A DNA stretch of 64,000 bases from a virus (Duplodnaviria > Caudoviricetes): the IMG/VR virus record IMGVR_UViG_3300011531_000019, positions 3,421-67,420 of that record; one strand, written 5' to 3'. Position numbers and translations under genes: made by a program. Shown here piece by piece: positions 49,370 through 58,007 of the stretch; positions within the stretch are counted from its first letter, which is position 1, and the number at the start of each line of letters is the position of its first letter. The notes below the pieces were generated by a model. The model did no database searches. It was not told the DNA's origin and worked only from the letters and a program-made list of their open reading frames with translations.

Positions 49370-51076
49370 ATGACTGATGTGGAATTAGATAGTAAATTTC
49401 TTGTCGAGGAACGAGCTGATTATATTGATGAGGATACGATAAAAAATAATACTATCAGATCTGGAGAGTTTTTCAATATTATACATAATGCTCTTATATC
49501 CCCAGGAATCAAACTTATAGTTGGTCCTAGGGGATGTGGTAAAACACATTTGATGCGTTATGCTTGGGTTGAATGTAAAAATGATGATAACGCACCATTA
49601 CCACTCTATGTTTCCTTTAATAAATATTTTAAGTTAGAGCCACTTTTAAAAACTAAACCTAATGCAATTGATCTCTTTCATAAATGGGTATTAGCAAAGA
49701 TACTACTCTCTGCTTATGAAATTGCTTGCGATATTGAAGATTCTGAAGATCTTGATTTGTCAACGATACTCATAGCGGATAAAGAGTTCCTGATTAATTT
49801 AATCGTAAGGCTTGAGCAGGGTCTTTCGCCATCATTAGAACAAGAAAACATTGTTCAATTGATCAGTGTTTCTTCTGTCATATCCTCGTTGAGTTCACTA
49901 TGCGATTGGCTTGAACGTAAAAGAGTCATTATTTTATTAGACGATGCTGCAATAAGCTTAACTCCTGAATATCTTTACGAGTTTTTTGATATTGTACGTA
50001 GTCTAAAAACCTCAAAAATAGCTTTAAAGGCATCGGTTTATCCTGGAACAACCGAATATGGCCCAAGGTTTCATGTTGCTCATGATGCTGAAACAATTGA
50101 TGCTTGGATTTCGGTACAGCACCCTAATTATTCCTCAGTGATGGATGCTATAGCGCAGGCAAGGTTTCCTGGGTATGATGGCATTCCGGATGACTTGAAA
50201 GAGTTATTTAAATTTTCAGCATTTGGAATTCCACGTTCTTTTTTGATGATGTTAAGGGATTGTCAAACAACTTTAAGTCAGACAACTCAGCAAAAATTCA
50301 ATAAAATAATTGAAAAGTATGTTGAGCTTAGACTCAGCGAATACAGTTCACTAAAAGATAAGCTACCTCGATTGTTTGACATTGTTTCATTAGGTGAATC
50401 ACTTTTATTAAAAGTAGTCGAATTACTCAAGGAAAGTAACTCCCAATATAAAGAAGAGAAACAAGTCATAATCGGTATAGAGAAAAATGATAATGTTTAT
50501 TTTTCTCGACTCACTAAACTATTAATTGAAACAGGGCTTTTTTATAATCTTCCTGATATTTCTCATGGTGATGGGCGTACTTATGAAAGATATATACCTC
50601 ATTATGCTTTATTGATAAAGGAAAGAGTGTTTAACGAAGGAAGTAGAGGTTTTTCTCCCTCTCAGATTATTCAGAAAATACTAAGAAAGAATGCTAAGCA
50701 TCCTGTCAGAAGAAACATTTCATCATTATTCAATACTGAGCAACTTGCGAGGCTTAAACTAACTTTACCTCCATGCAATAACTGCAAGACTCCGCGATTG
50801 ACTGACAATCAAAAATTTTGCCACCATTGTGGGAACCAATTGATTGATGAGTCGGCCTATAATCAGTGCATGTCTATTCCACTTTCAAAAGTACCACATC
50901 TAACATCTTGGCAAATGCAAAAACTATCTGGGCTGGAAAAAGTAAAAACTATAGGAGATGTATTGTCTTTACAAGACCCAGGGAGTGAGTTAAGAAAAAT
51001 TCACAGAATAGGACCCAAAATTGCCAATAAAATTATGGACAAAGTGTTATTACATGTTGAAGAATTTTTGTCTTAA
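49370..51076 (+). CDS. AAA+/ORC-CDC6-like ATPase with C-terminal Zn ribbon and HhH-like tail
   Basis: GPRGCGKT, IILLDD, FGIPRSF; CNNC...FCHHCG; LRKIHRIGPKIANKI. Confidence 0.75.
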   Translation: MTDVELDSKFLVEERADYIDEDTIKNNTIRSGEFFNIIHNALISPGIKLIVGPRGCGKTHLMRYAWVECKNDDNAPLPLYVSFNKYFKLEPLLKTKPNAIDLFHKWVLAKILLSAYEIACDIEDSEDLDLSTILIADKEFLINLIVRLEQGLSPSLEQENIVQLISVSSVISSLSSLCDWLERKRVIILLDDAAISLTPEYLYEFFDIVRSLKTSKIALKASVYPGTTEYGPRFHVAHDAETIDAWISVQHPNYSSVMDAIAQARFPGYDGIPDDLKELFKFSAFGIPRSFLMMLRDCQTTLSQTTQQKFNKIIEKYVELRLSEYSSLKDKLPRLFDIVSLGESLLLKVVELLKESNSQYKEEKQVIIGIEKNDNVYFSRLTKLLIETGLFYNLPDISHGDGRTYERYIPHYALLIKERVFNEGSRGFSPSQIIQKILRKNAKHPVRRNISSLFNTEQLARLKLTLPPCNNCKTPRLTDNQKFCHHCGNQLIDESAYNQCMSIPLSKVPHLTSWQMQKLSGLEKVKTIGDVLSLQDPGSELRKIHRIGPKIANKIMDKVLLHVEEFLS

Positions 51077-51146
51077 TTTTGATGGCATTTACTTGTCAAT
51101 CGTGTCTTTCTTATCTGAAAAGTTTAATTTAAAAAGAGTCGGGAAA

Positions 51147-52139
51147 ATGGAACTAGAATCAAAAGAGGATTATGAAGAGACCACTCATCATAATGTGGCG
51201 TCCTCAGTTGTTACTGCAACTCATGATAACTTAGATGGAAGAGAGTTTTTTGAACTATGTAGTAATCCAGCTCTAGTTTTTTCGTTTGAGACACACAAAA
51301 AATTTAATGAGTTACCTGTTGATAGCAAGGAATCCCCGTTAGATCTTTTTATAGCTAATACAAAGCAACTTCACTTGTTAAGATCTGTTGATATTTCAAA
51401 CACATTAAGCCATCTGTTGTTATTAGGCTATGTGTCGGCAGCCGAAAGTTATTTGCGAGCTCTTATCAGGAATCTAATTAATCATGATGAATATATTCAG
51501 TCTATAGTTTGTGATAAGGCCGTTAGTTATGCAGCGGCACAACATCATAAAAAGGAGTTATTACCAGAAGCTTTACTTGAGGACTTTTCATTGGCAAGCC
51601 CTTATAATGTTTTTGAAACATTAAAGGACATTATTGGAATGAAAGGACAAAGACCAATCGAAATGATGAAATGCTCAAGCGAATTCATGAAAGTTTGTGA
51701 GTTAAGGCATTGTTGTGTTCATCGATTTGGTAAGTTGGGTTCGAAAAATGCAATCCGACTAGGATTGGCTGAACATATGAAGCACTTAGAAAAACCGATA
51801 ATACTCAATAATGATGATCTCGAGCAAATCGCATTTATTGTAGAGAATTTTATTAGAACTTTGAATAACACCGTTTTCAAATTTATAATTAATCGTACAG
51901 TTGAGAACAAAAATAAGGAAAAAGGAGGGGAAAGACTATATGATTCTGAATGGACATGGGTGTTTGAAAAAGATATAAGTCGATTCGAAAAGTATTATGC
52001 AATATTTAGTGCTAAAAACGATACCCTTCCCGGATTATCATTACAGGATTCATATCAACTTTTTGTTAATGCGTATAAGCCTAAACCTCCTGCAAGAAAA
52101 AATAAAAAAACTGTAAAAGTTAACGACCCTACTATCTGA
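51147..52139 (+). CDS. HEPN-domain protein (putative RNase)
   Basis: VSAAESYLR helix and R-x4-H motif RHCCVH; start taken at MELESK. Confidence 0.72.
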   Translation: MELESKEDYEETTHHNVASSVVTATHDNLDGREFFELCSNPALVFSFETHKKFNELPVDSKESPLDLFIANTKQLHLLRSVDISNTLSHLLLLGYVSAAESYLRALIRNLINHDEYIQSIVCDKAVSYAAAQHHKKELLPEALLEDFSLASPYNVFETLKDIIGMKGQRPIEMMKCSSEFMKVCELRHCCVHRFGKLGSKNAIRLGLAEHMKHLEKPIILNNDDLEQIAFIVENFIRTLNNTVFKFIINRTVENKNKEKGGERLYDSEWTWVFEKDISRFEKYYAIFSAKNDTLPGLSLQDSYQLFVNAYKPKPPARKNKKTVKVNDPTI

Positions 52140-52327
52140 AAATATTGGTGATTTTTACTTGAAATGGCAGGGTGTTATTTTTTTGATTGAACATGGCTAA
52201 TGTTAAATATCTAATTATTTGAAACTTCTAGCTATATTAATAAATGTAATGTGTGAATGATGATGGTGCTTGCTTTAACTATAGATTGTTATTCCATATG
52301 GAAATTATGTAGCATCGCAATTAATTT

Positions 52328-52579
52328 TTATTGATAGATTTCCGCAACCCCGTGCAGTCGGTTATTCCCCGTAGTCGACAGGATTTTGAATGATGTTGCT
52401 CCTTGCTCATCAGCCTTACGAGAGAGCGCATTCGATAAATCATCAAGCGTATAGGCATTACTGGCTGAGGCTACACCCATCTTTTCTTTCCCATCTGCGT
52501 GGTCAATTTCCTGAGCGGCAGATGCGGCATTCACTGCAGTAAATCTCATGACCAATGAAGTAATAAGTAGTGATTTCAT
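52328..52579 (-). CDS. DUF1471 (BhsA/McbA/YdgH-family) protein
   Basis: L..KADEQGATSF.I.S..G.N..HG.A.IY motif. Confidence 0.85.
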   Translation of the reverse strand: MKSLLITSLVMRFTAVNAASAAQEIDHADGKEKMGVASASNAYTLDDLSNALSRKADEQGATSFKILSTTGNNRLHGVAEIYQ

Positions 52580-52719
52580 ATCTAATACCTCTTTTAAAAT
52601 CTATGTTTGAAACTGGACTCGTATCAGGGAAACTATCCCCTCTGTACATTCAAATATACAGACCTAAGCTGTCATGAGACTGACCGCTATATAACAAAAT
52701 TGTCATGGTTGTAGATTAG

Positions 52720-53280
52720 TTAATTTTTTGAATACAAATTCAGCTCGTTAACAATGAACTCCGCTTCTTCCTTGAGAGGCATATTGTCTATGTCTAAAAC
52801 CCCATCATTTTTTTGTGGATCATCAGTCTGCAGGTCTGCAAACAGTGGGGTAAGATCCTGTGGTGCTTCACCTCGTTCAGCCACCAGCTCGAACGTTTTG
52901 TTTTTTGCCTCGTCGTTGGTCAGGGCACTGACCAGAACCTCTGCGATTTGCTCCCGGGATATCACACCATCTTCCGGTGTTCCCGCGTGGCGACGATCCC
53001 CCTGAAGCATAACGATCCTGTGTTCATCATCATTGTTGTAATCAAACCAGCCGGGCCTGACGATGGTATAGGGATGACCGCTGGCCCTGACCAGACACTC
53101 GGCACGTCTTTTCCAGTCATGAACCTCAGTGCGTTGATTCCAGATGCTGAGCCGTTTAGTCACACCAATCGTGGTCATCAGGCTGATACGAACAGGCGTA
53201 TCCTTGAAAATTCATAAAATATTACGTGCTACGCCGTAATCGATCGCTCTGGCACCAATATGACCCTGACCATCGGCACC
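52720..53280 (-). pseudogene. 5'-truncated NAD(P)-binding SDR/NmrA-like oxidoreductase with internal stop
   Basis: Frame reads GADGQGHIGARAIDYGVARNIL*IFKD..MTTIG..YTIVRPG; TGA at 53212-53214; Rossmann N-terminus missing. Confidence 0.8.
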
Positions 53281-53320
53281 ATTTCAAACTCTTTCCAAGT
53301 CTACCGAAATCAACTTAAAG
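53272..53320 (+). repeat. Second copy of att core plus arm (46/49 identical to 46552-46600)
   Basis: atcggcaccatttcaaactctttccaagtctaccgaaatcaacttaaag. Confidence 0.9.
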
Positions 53321-53513
53321 TCCATCTCTGTTGTGTTTTGTCATCTGTAATCGCGACGTACAATGCGCTTGCGTCAGGGAATTCCAGGACTCTAAACTGT
53401 CCGTAACACATGCCCGATAAAGAATTATGCTCTAACACATATGTTTTTTCGTATTTGTTAATTGATCTTATTCATTTAAGGCGTATCCTGACTTCAATAG
53501 AACAGGAGGCCTA

Positions 53514-53864
53514 ATGTCACTAACTTCCCTACATCTCTTCAAAAACCTCTCCGATGAAACCCGTCTAGGGATCGTACTGCTGCTCAGAGAGATGGGAGAG
53601 CTGTGCGTGTGCGATCTCTGTACAGCGCTGGATCAGTCGCAGCCCAAGATCTCCCGCCATCTGGCAATGCTCCGGGAAAGCGGTCTATTGCTGGATCGCA
53701 AGCAGGGGAAATGGGTTCATTATCGCTTATCCCCGCATATTCCATCCTGGGCTGCTCAGGTGATTGAGCAAGCCTGGTTAAGCCAACAGGACGACGTACA
53801 GGCCATCGCCCGTAAGCTGGCATCGGCAAACTGCTCTGGTAGCGGTAAGGCTGTTTGCATCTAA
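53514..53864 (+). CDS. arsR: Arsenite-responsive repressor
   Basis: ELCVCDL, SQPKISRHL. Confidence 0.97.
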   Translation: MSLTSLHLFKNLSDETRLGIVLLLREMGELCVCDLCTALDQSQPKISRHLAMLRESGLLLDRKQGKWVHYRLSPHIPSWAAQVIEQAWLSQQDDVQAIARKLASANCSGSGKAVCI

Positions 53865-53911
53865 AAAATTTGCCTGAACATATATGTTTTTCCAAATGTG
53901 AGGTATTCAGA

Positions 53912-54274
53912 ATGAAGACGTTAACGGTGTTTGACCCGGCAATGTGCTGCAGTACCGGCGTATGTGGCTCAGATGTCGATCAGGTTCTGGTTGATTTTTT
54001 TGCTGATGTGCAGTGGCTGAAAGGACGTGGTGTACAGGTTGAACGTTACAACCTGGCGCAGCAGCCCATGAGCTTTGTTCAGAATGAGAAAGCGAAAGCA
54101 TTCCTCGAAGCATCTGGAGCAGAAGGGCTTCCGTTACTGCTGTTGGACGGTGAAACGGTGATGGCAGGGCGATACCCAAAACGCGCTGAGTTGGCTCGCT
54201 GGTTCGGTATACCGCTGGAGAAGGTAGGTTTAGCTCCCACCAGCTGCTGTGGTGGTAATACTTCCTGTTGCTGA
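53912..54274 (+). CDS. arsD: Arsenite metallochaperone
   Basis: FDPAMCCSTGVCG; terminal CC pairs. Confidence 0.96.
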   Translation: MKTLTVFDPAMCCSTGVCGSDVDQVLVDFFADVQWLKGRGVQVERYNLAQQPMSFVQNEKAKAFLEASGAEGLPLLLLDGETVMAGRYPKRAELARWFGIPLEKVGLAPTSCCGGNTSCC

Positions 54275-54291
54275 GTATGTCAGGAGGACAT

Positions 54292-56043
54292 ATGAAATTC
54301 TTACAGAATATCCCGCCTTACCTGTTTTTTACCGGTAAGGGAGGTGTAGGAAAAACTTCTATTTCCTGCGCGACGGCAATCCGCCTTGCCGAACAGGGTA
54401 AGCGGGTTTTGCTTGTCAGTACCGATCCAGCCTCCAATGTCGGCCAGGTATTCGATCAGGCTATCGGTAACACCATTCGCCCTGTGGCAGCAGTTCCTGG
54501 ACTTTCCGCTCTGGAAATCGACCCGCAGGAAGCCGCCAAACAATACCGCTCCAGAATCGTTGATCCTATCAAAGGTCTTTTGCCTGATGACGTTGTTAAT
54601 AGTATCAGCGAGCAACTTTCAGGAGCCTGTACCACTGAGATTGCGGCGTTTGATGAGTTCACCGGCTTATTGACAGACGCTTCCCTGCTGACCCGCTTCG
54701 ATCACATCATTTTTGATACAGCGCCGACGGGCCACACGATTCGCCTTCTCCAGCTTCCCGGTGCCTGGAGTAGCTTCATTGAAAGTAATCCAGATGGTGC
54801 TTCCTGTCTTGGCCCAATGGCCGGGCTGGAAAAGCAGCGTGAGCAGTATGCTCATGCAGTAGAGGCGTTATCCGATCCTGAACGTACCCGCCTGGTTCTG
54901 GTTGCACGACTGCAAAAATCTACGCTGCAGGAAGTCGCCCGCACCCATGAAGAACTCGCCGCAATTGGCCTGAAAAACCAATACCTGGTGATTAATGGTG
55001 TGCTGCCTAAAGCCGAAGCTGAACATGACGCCCTGGCCGCTGCGATATGGCAACGTGAGCAGGAGGCACTGGCAAATCTTCCTCCCGGTTTATCTGGGCT
55101 ACCGACAGATACCCTATTACTACAGCCAGTCAATATGGTTGGTGTTTCAGCATTGAAGGGACTGCTGGATACCGGTTCTGAGGCATTACCGCTCCCGGTA
55201 ACGAACATCCAGTACACGCCTGAAAACTTATCGCTCTCTGGCCTGGTCAATGATATCGCTCGCAGTGAACACGGCCTGATTATGCTGATGGGCAAAGGTG
55301 GCGTAGGGAAAACCACAATGGCTGCTGCCATCGCCGTAAGGCTGGCAGACATGGGATTTGACGTGCATCTCACGACCTCTGATCCTGCTGCGCACCTGAG
55401 TACAACGCTCAATGGCAGCCTCAAGAATCTGCAGGTCAGCCGAATCAACCCTCACGATGAAACTGAACGCTATCGTCAGCATGTTCTTGAGACGAAAGGC
55501 AGGGCTCTGGATGAGGCTGGGAAACGGCTGCTCGAAGAGGATTTACGTTCTCCTTGCACAGAAGAGATTGCGGTGTTCCAGGCGTTCTCACGCGTAATCC
55601 GTGAAGCAGGCAAACGGTTTGTAGTCATGGATACGGCACCTACCGGACATACGCTATTACTGCTTGATGCTACCGGGGCTTATCACCGTGAGATTGCCAA
55701 GAAGATGGGGGATAAAGGTCATTTTACCACTCCGATGATGCAGCTTCAGGACCCGGAACGCACCAAAGTCCTGCTGGTCACTCTGCCTGAAACCACACCG
55801 GTACTGGAAGCGGCAAACCTGCAGGCTGACCTTGAAAGAGCGGGGATTCATCCGTGGGGCTGGATTATCAATAACAGCCTTTCCATTGCGGATACGCGTT
55901 CTCCGTTGCTTTGCCAGCGCGCTCGTCAGGAACTGCCTCAGATTGAGGCTGTTAAGAATCAGCACTCTAACCGTATAGCGCTTGTTCCGGTGCTGGCGTC
56001 AGAGCCCGCTGGTATTGAAAAGCTCAGAGAGTTGATGAGTTAA
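54292..56043 (+). CDS. arsA: Arsenical pump-driving ATPase
   Basis: Two GKGGVGKT and two DTAPTGH motifs. Confidence 0.97.
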   Translation: MKFLQNIPPYLFFTGKGGVGKTSISCATAIRLAEQGKRVLLVSTDPASNVGQVFDQAIGNTIRPVAAVPGLSALEIDPQEAAKQYRSRIVDPIKGLLPDDVVNSISEQLSGACTTEIAAFDEFTGLLTDASLLTRFDHIIFDTAPTGHTIRLLQLPGAWSSFIESNPDGASCLGPMAGLEKQREQYAHAVEALSDPERTRLVLVARLQKSTLQEVARTHEELAAIGLKNQYLVINGVLPKAEAEHDALAAAIWQREQEALANLPPGLSGLPTDTLLLQPVNMVGVSALKGLLDTGSEALPLPVTNIQYTPENLSLSGLVNDIARSEHGLIMLMGKGGVGKTTMAAAIAVRLADMGFDVHLTTSDPAAHLSTTLNGSLKNLQVSRINPHDETERYRQHVLETKGRALDEAGKRLLEEDLRSPCTEEIAVFQAFSRVIREAGKRFVVMDTAPTGHTLLLLDATGAYHREIAKKMGDKGHFTTPMMQLQDPERTKVLLVTLPETTPVLEAANLQADLERAGIHPWGWIINNSLSIADTRSPLLCQRARQELPQIEAVKNQHSNRIALVPVLASEPAGIEKLRELMS

Positions 56044-56090
56044 TTTTGTTGCATATACAGGGCGGCAAAGTCGCCCTGTCAGGAGGTTTT

Positions 56091-57380
56091 ATGTTACTGG
56101 CAGGCGCTATTTTTGTCCTGACCATTGTTTTGGTTATCTGGCAACCAAAGGGATTAGGGATCGGCTGGAGTGCAATGCTGGGCGCGGGACTGGCTCTGAT
56201 ATCTGGCGTTGTGCATGTGGGCGATATTCCGGTGGTGTGGAATATCGTCTGGAACGCGACGGCGACCTTTATTGCCGTAATTATTATCAGCCTGCTGCTT
56301 GATGAGTCCGGCTTTTTCGAATGGGCAGCGCTGCACGTTTCCCGCTGGGGTAACGGTCGTGGACGTTTGCTCTTTACGTATATCGTTCTGCTCGGTGCGG
56401 CGGTGGCGGCACTGTTTGCCAACGATGGTGCGGCACTTATTCTGACGCCGATAGTCATCGCCATGCTGCTGGCATTAGGGTTCAGCAAAGGCACCACGCT
56501 GGCATTCGTCATGGCTGCCGGTTTTATTGCCGATACAGCCAGCCTGCCGCTTATCGTGTCGAACCTGGTGAATATAGTCTCGGCGGACTTCTTTGGACTG
56601 GGCTTCACTGAGTATGCGTCGGTAATGGTGCCGGTGGATATTGCCGCTATTATCGCCACGCTGGTGATGCTGCATCTGTTCTTCCGCAAAGATATTCCAC
56701 CGACTTACGACCTGGCTCTCCTGAAAGCACCGGCAAAGGCAATTAAAGATCTGGCAACCTTCAGGACCGGCTGGATAGTTTTAATTCTTCTGCTGGTTGG
56801 GTTCTTTGTCCTCGAGCCGCTCGGTATTCCCGTTAGCGCGATTGCGGCTGTTGGAGCTGTGATCCTGTTTGTAGTAGCTAAACGAGGCTACGCTATTAAC
56901 ACCGGTAAAGTACTGCGTGGGGCACCCTGGCAGATCGTCATCTTCTCATTGGGGATGTACCTGGTGGTCTACGGTCTACGCAACGCCGGGCTAACCGAAT
57001 ACCTTTCAGGTGTGCTGAACGTACTGGCGGATAAAGGACTCTGGGCCGCGACGCTGGGTACTGGCTTCCTGACGGCTTTCCTGTCTTCCATCATGAACAA
57101 CATGCCTACCGTGCTGGTTGGCGCTCTCTCTATTGATGGCAGTACTGCAACTGGCGTTATTAAAGAGGCGATGATCTACGCCAACGTGATTGGCTGCGAT
57201 CTGGGCCCGAAAATTACACCTATTGGTAGCCTGGCAACGCTGCTCTGGCTGCATGCACTTTCACAGAAGAATATGACCATCACCTGGGGATATTATTTCC
57301 GCACCGGGATCGTCATGACTCTGCCTGTGCTGTTTGTAACGCTGGCCGCGCTGGCGCTACGTCTCTCTTTCACTTTGTAA
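56091..57380 (+). CDS. arsB: Arsenite efflux permease
   Basis: [26 protein letters not shown]; [13 protein letters not shown]; multiple TM helices. Confidence 0.97.
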   Translation: MLLAGAIFVLTIVLVIWQPKGLGIGWSAMLGAGLALISGVVHVGDIPVVWNIVWNATATFIAVIIISLLLDESGFFEWAALHVSRWGNGRGRLLFTYIVLLGAAVAALFANDGAALILTPIVIAMLLALGFSKGTTLAFVMAAGFIADTASLPLIVSNLVNIVSADFFGLGFTEYASVMVPVDIAAIIATLVMLHLFFRKDIPPTYDLALLKAPAKAIKDLATFRTGWIVLILLLVGFFVLEPLGIPVSAIAAVGAVILFVVAKRGYAINTGKVLRGAPWQIVIFSLGMYLVVYGLRNAGLTEYLSGVLNVLADKGLWAATLGTGFLTAFLSSIMNNMPTVLVGALSIDGSTATGVIKEAMIYANVIGCDLGPKITPIGSLATLLWLHALSQKNMTITWGYYFRTGIVMTLPVLFVTLAALALRLSFTL

Positions 57381-57392
57381 TGAGATACTGAT

Positions 57393-57818
57393 ATGAGCAA
57401 CATCACCATCTATCACAACCCGGCCTGCGGCACGTCGCGTAATACGCTGGAGATGATCCGCAACAGCGGTAATGAACCGACCGTTATTCATTACCTTGAA
57501 AATCCACCGTCACGCGATGAGTTGGTCAAACTTATCGCAGATATGGGGATTACAGTACGGGCGCTGCTGCGTAAAAATGTCGAGCCTTATGAAGAACTGG
57601 GGCTTGCCGAGGACAAGTTTACTGACGATCAGTTAATCGATTTTATGCTTCAGCATCCGATCCTGATTAACCGCCCGATTGTGGTGACACCGTTGGGAAC
57701 GCGCCTTTGCCGCCCTTCCGAAGTAGTACTGGATATTCTTCCGGATGCGCAAAAAGGCGCATTTGCTAAGGAAGACGGCGAGAAAGTTGTTGATGATGCA
57801 GGTAAACGACTGAAATAA
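57393..57818 (+). CDS. arsC: Glutaredoxin-dependent arsenate reductase
   Basis: HNPACGTSR, ILINRPIV, LCRPSE. Confidence 0.97.
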   Translation: MSNITIYHNPACGTSRNTLEMIRNSGNEPTVIHYLENPPSRDELVKLIADMGITVRALLRKNVEPYEELGLAEDKFTDDQLIDFMLQHPILINRPIVVTPLGTRLCRPSEVVLDILPDAQKGAFAKEDGEKVVDDAGKRLK

Positions 57819-57823
57819 AGATG

Positions 57824-57843
57824 AAGGGGGCAAATGCCCCCTT
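57824..57843 (+). terminator. Hairpin terminator after arsC
   Basis: aagggggca-aa-tgccccctt. Confidence 0.6.
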
Positions 57844-58007
57844 ATTTGTTAATTCTCCAAACTCTTCCGCAAGTCTGTTCGAACCAGTTCATTATGATGA
57901 TTACCATTGTTTTTTTGGATTTTACAATAGTATCATGGGGTTAATGGTATTTAAGTTTGCTTTGTCTGAAGCACCATATCACGATGGTAATGAATTTATA
58001 CCTTTCA

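Larger units (their letters stand above)
46552..53320. mobile_element. Island 3: P4-type integrase element, right end apparently deleted
   Basis: Integrase next to the tRNA end; 49-bp direct repeat at 46552-46600 and 53272-53320. Confidence 0.7.

Noticed and set aside
48175-52139. Ordinary type II or type III R-M system
   Set aside because: No endonuclease or SF2 helicase motifs recognised in the partners; the third gene has a HEPN signature
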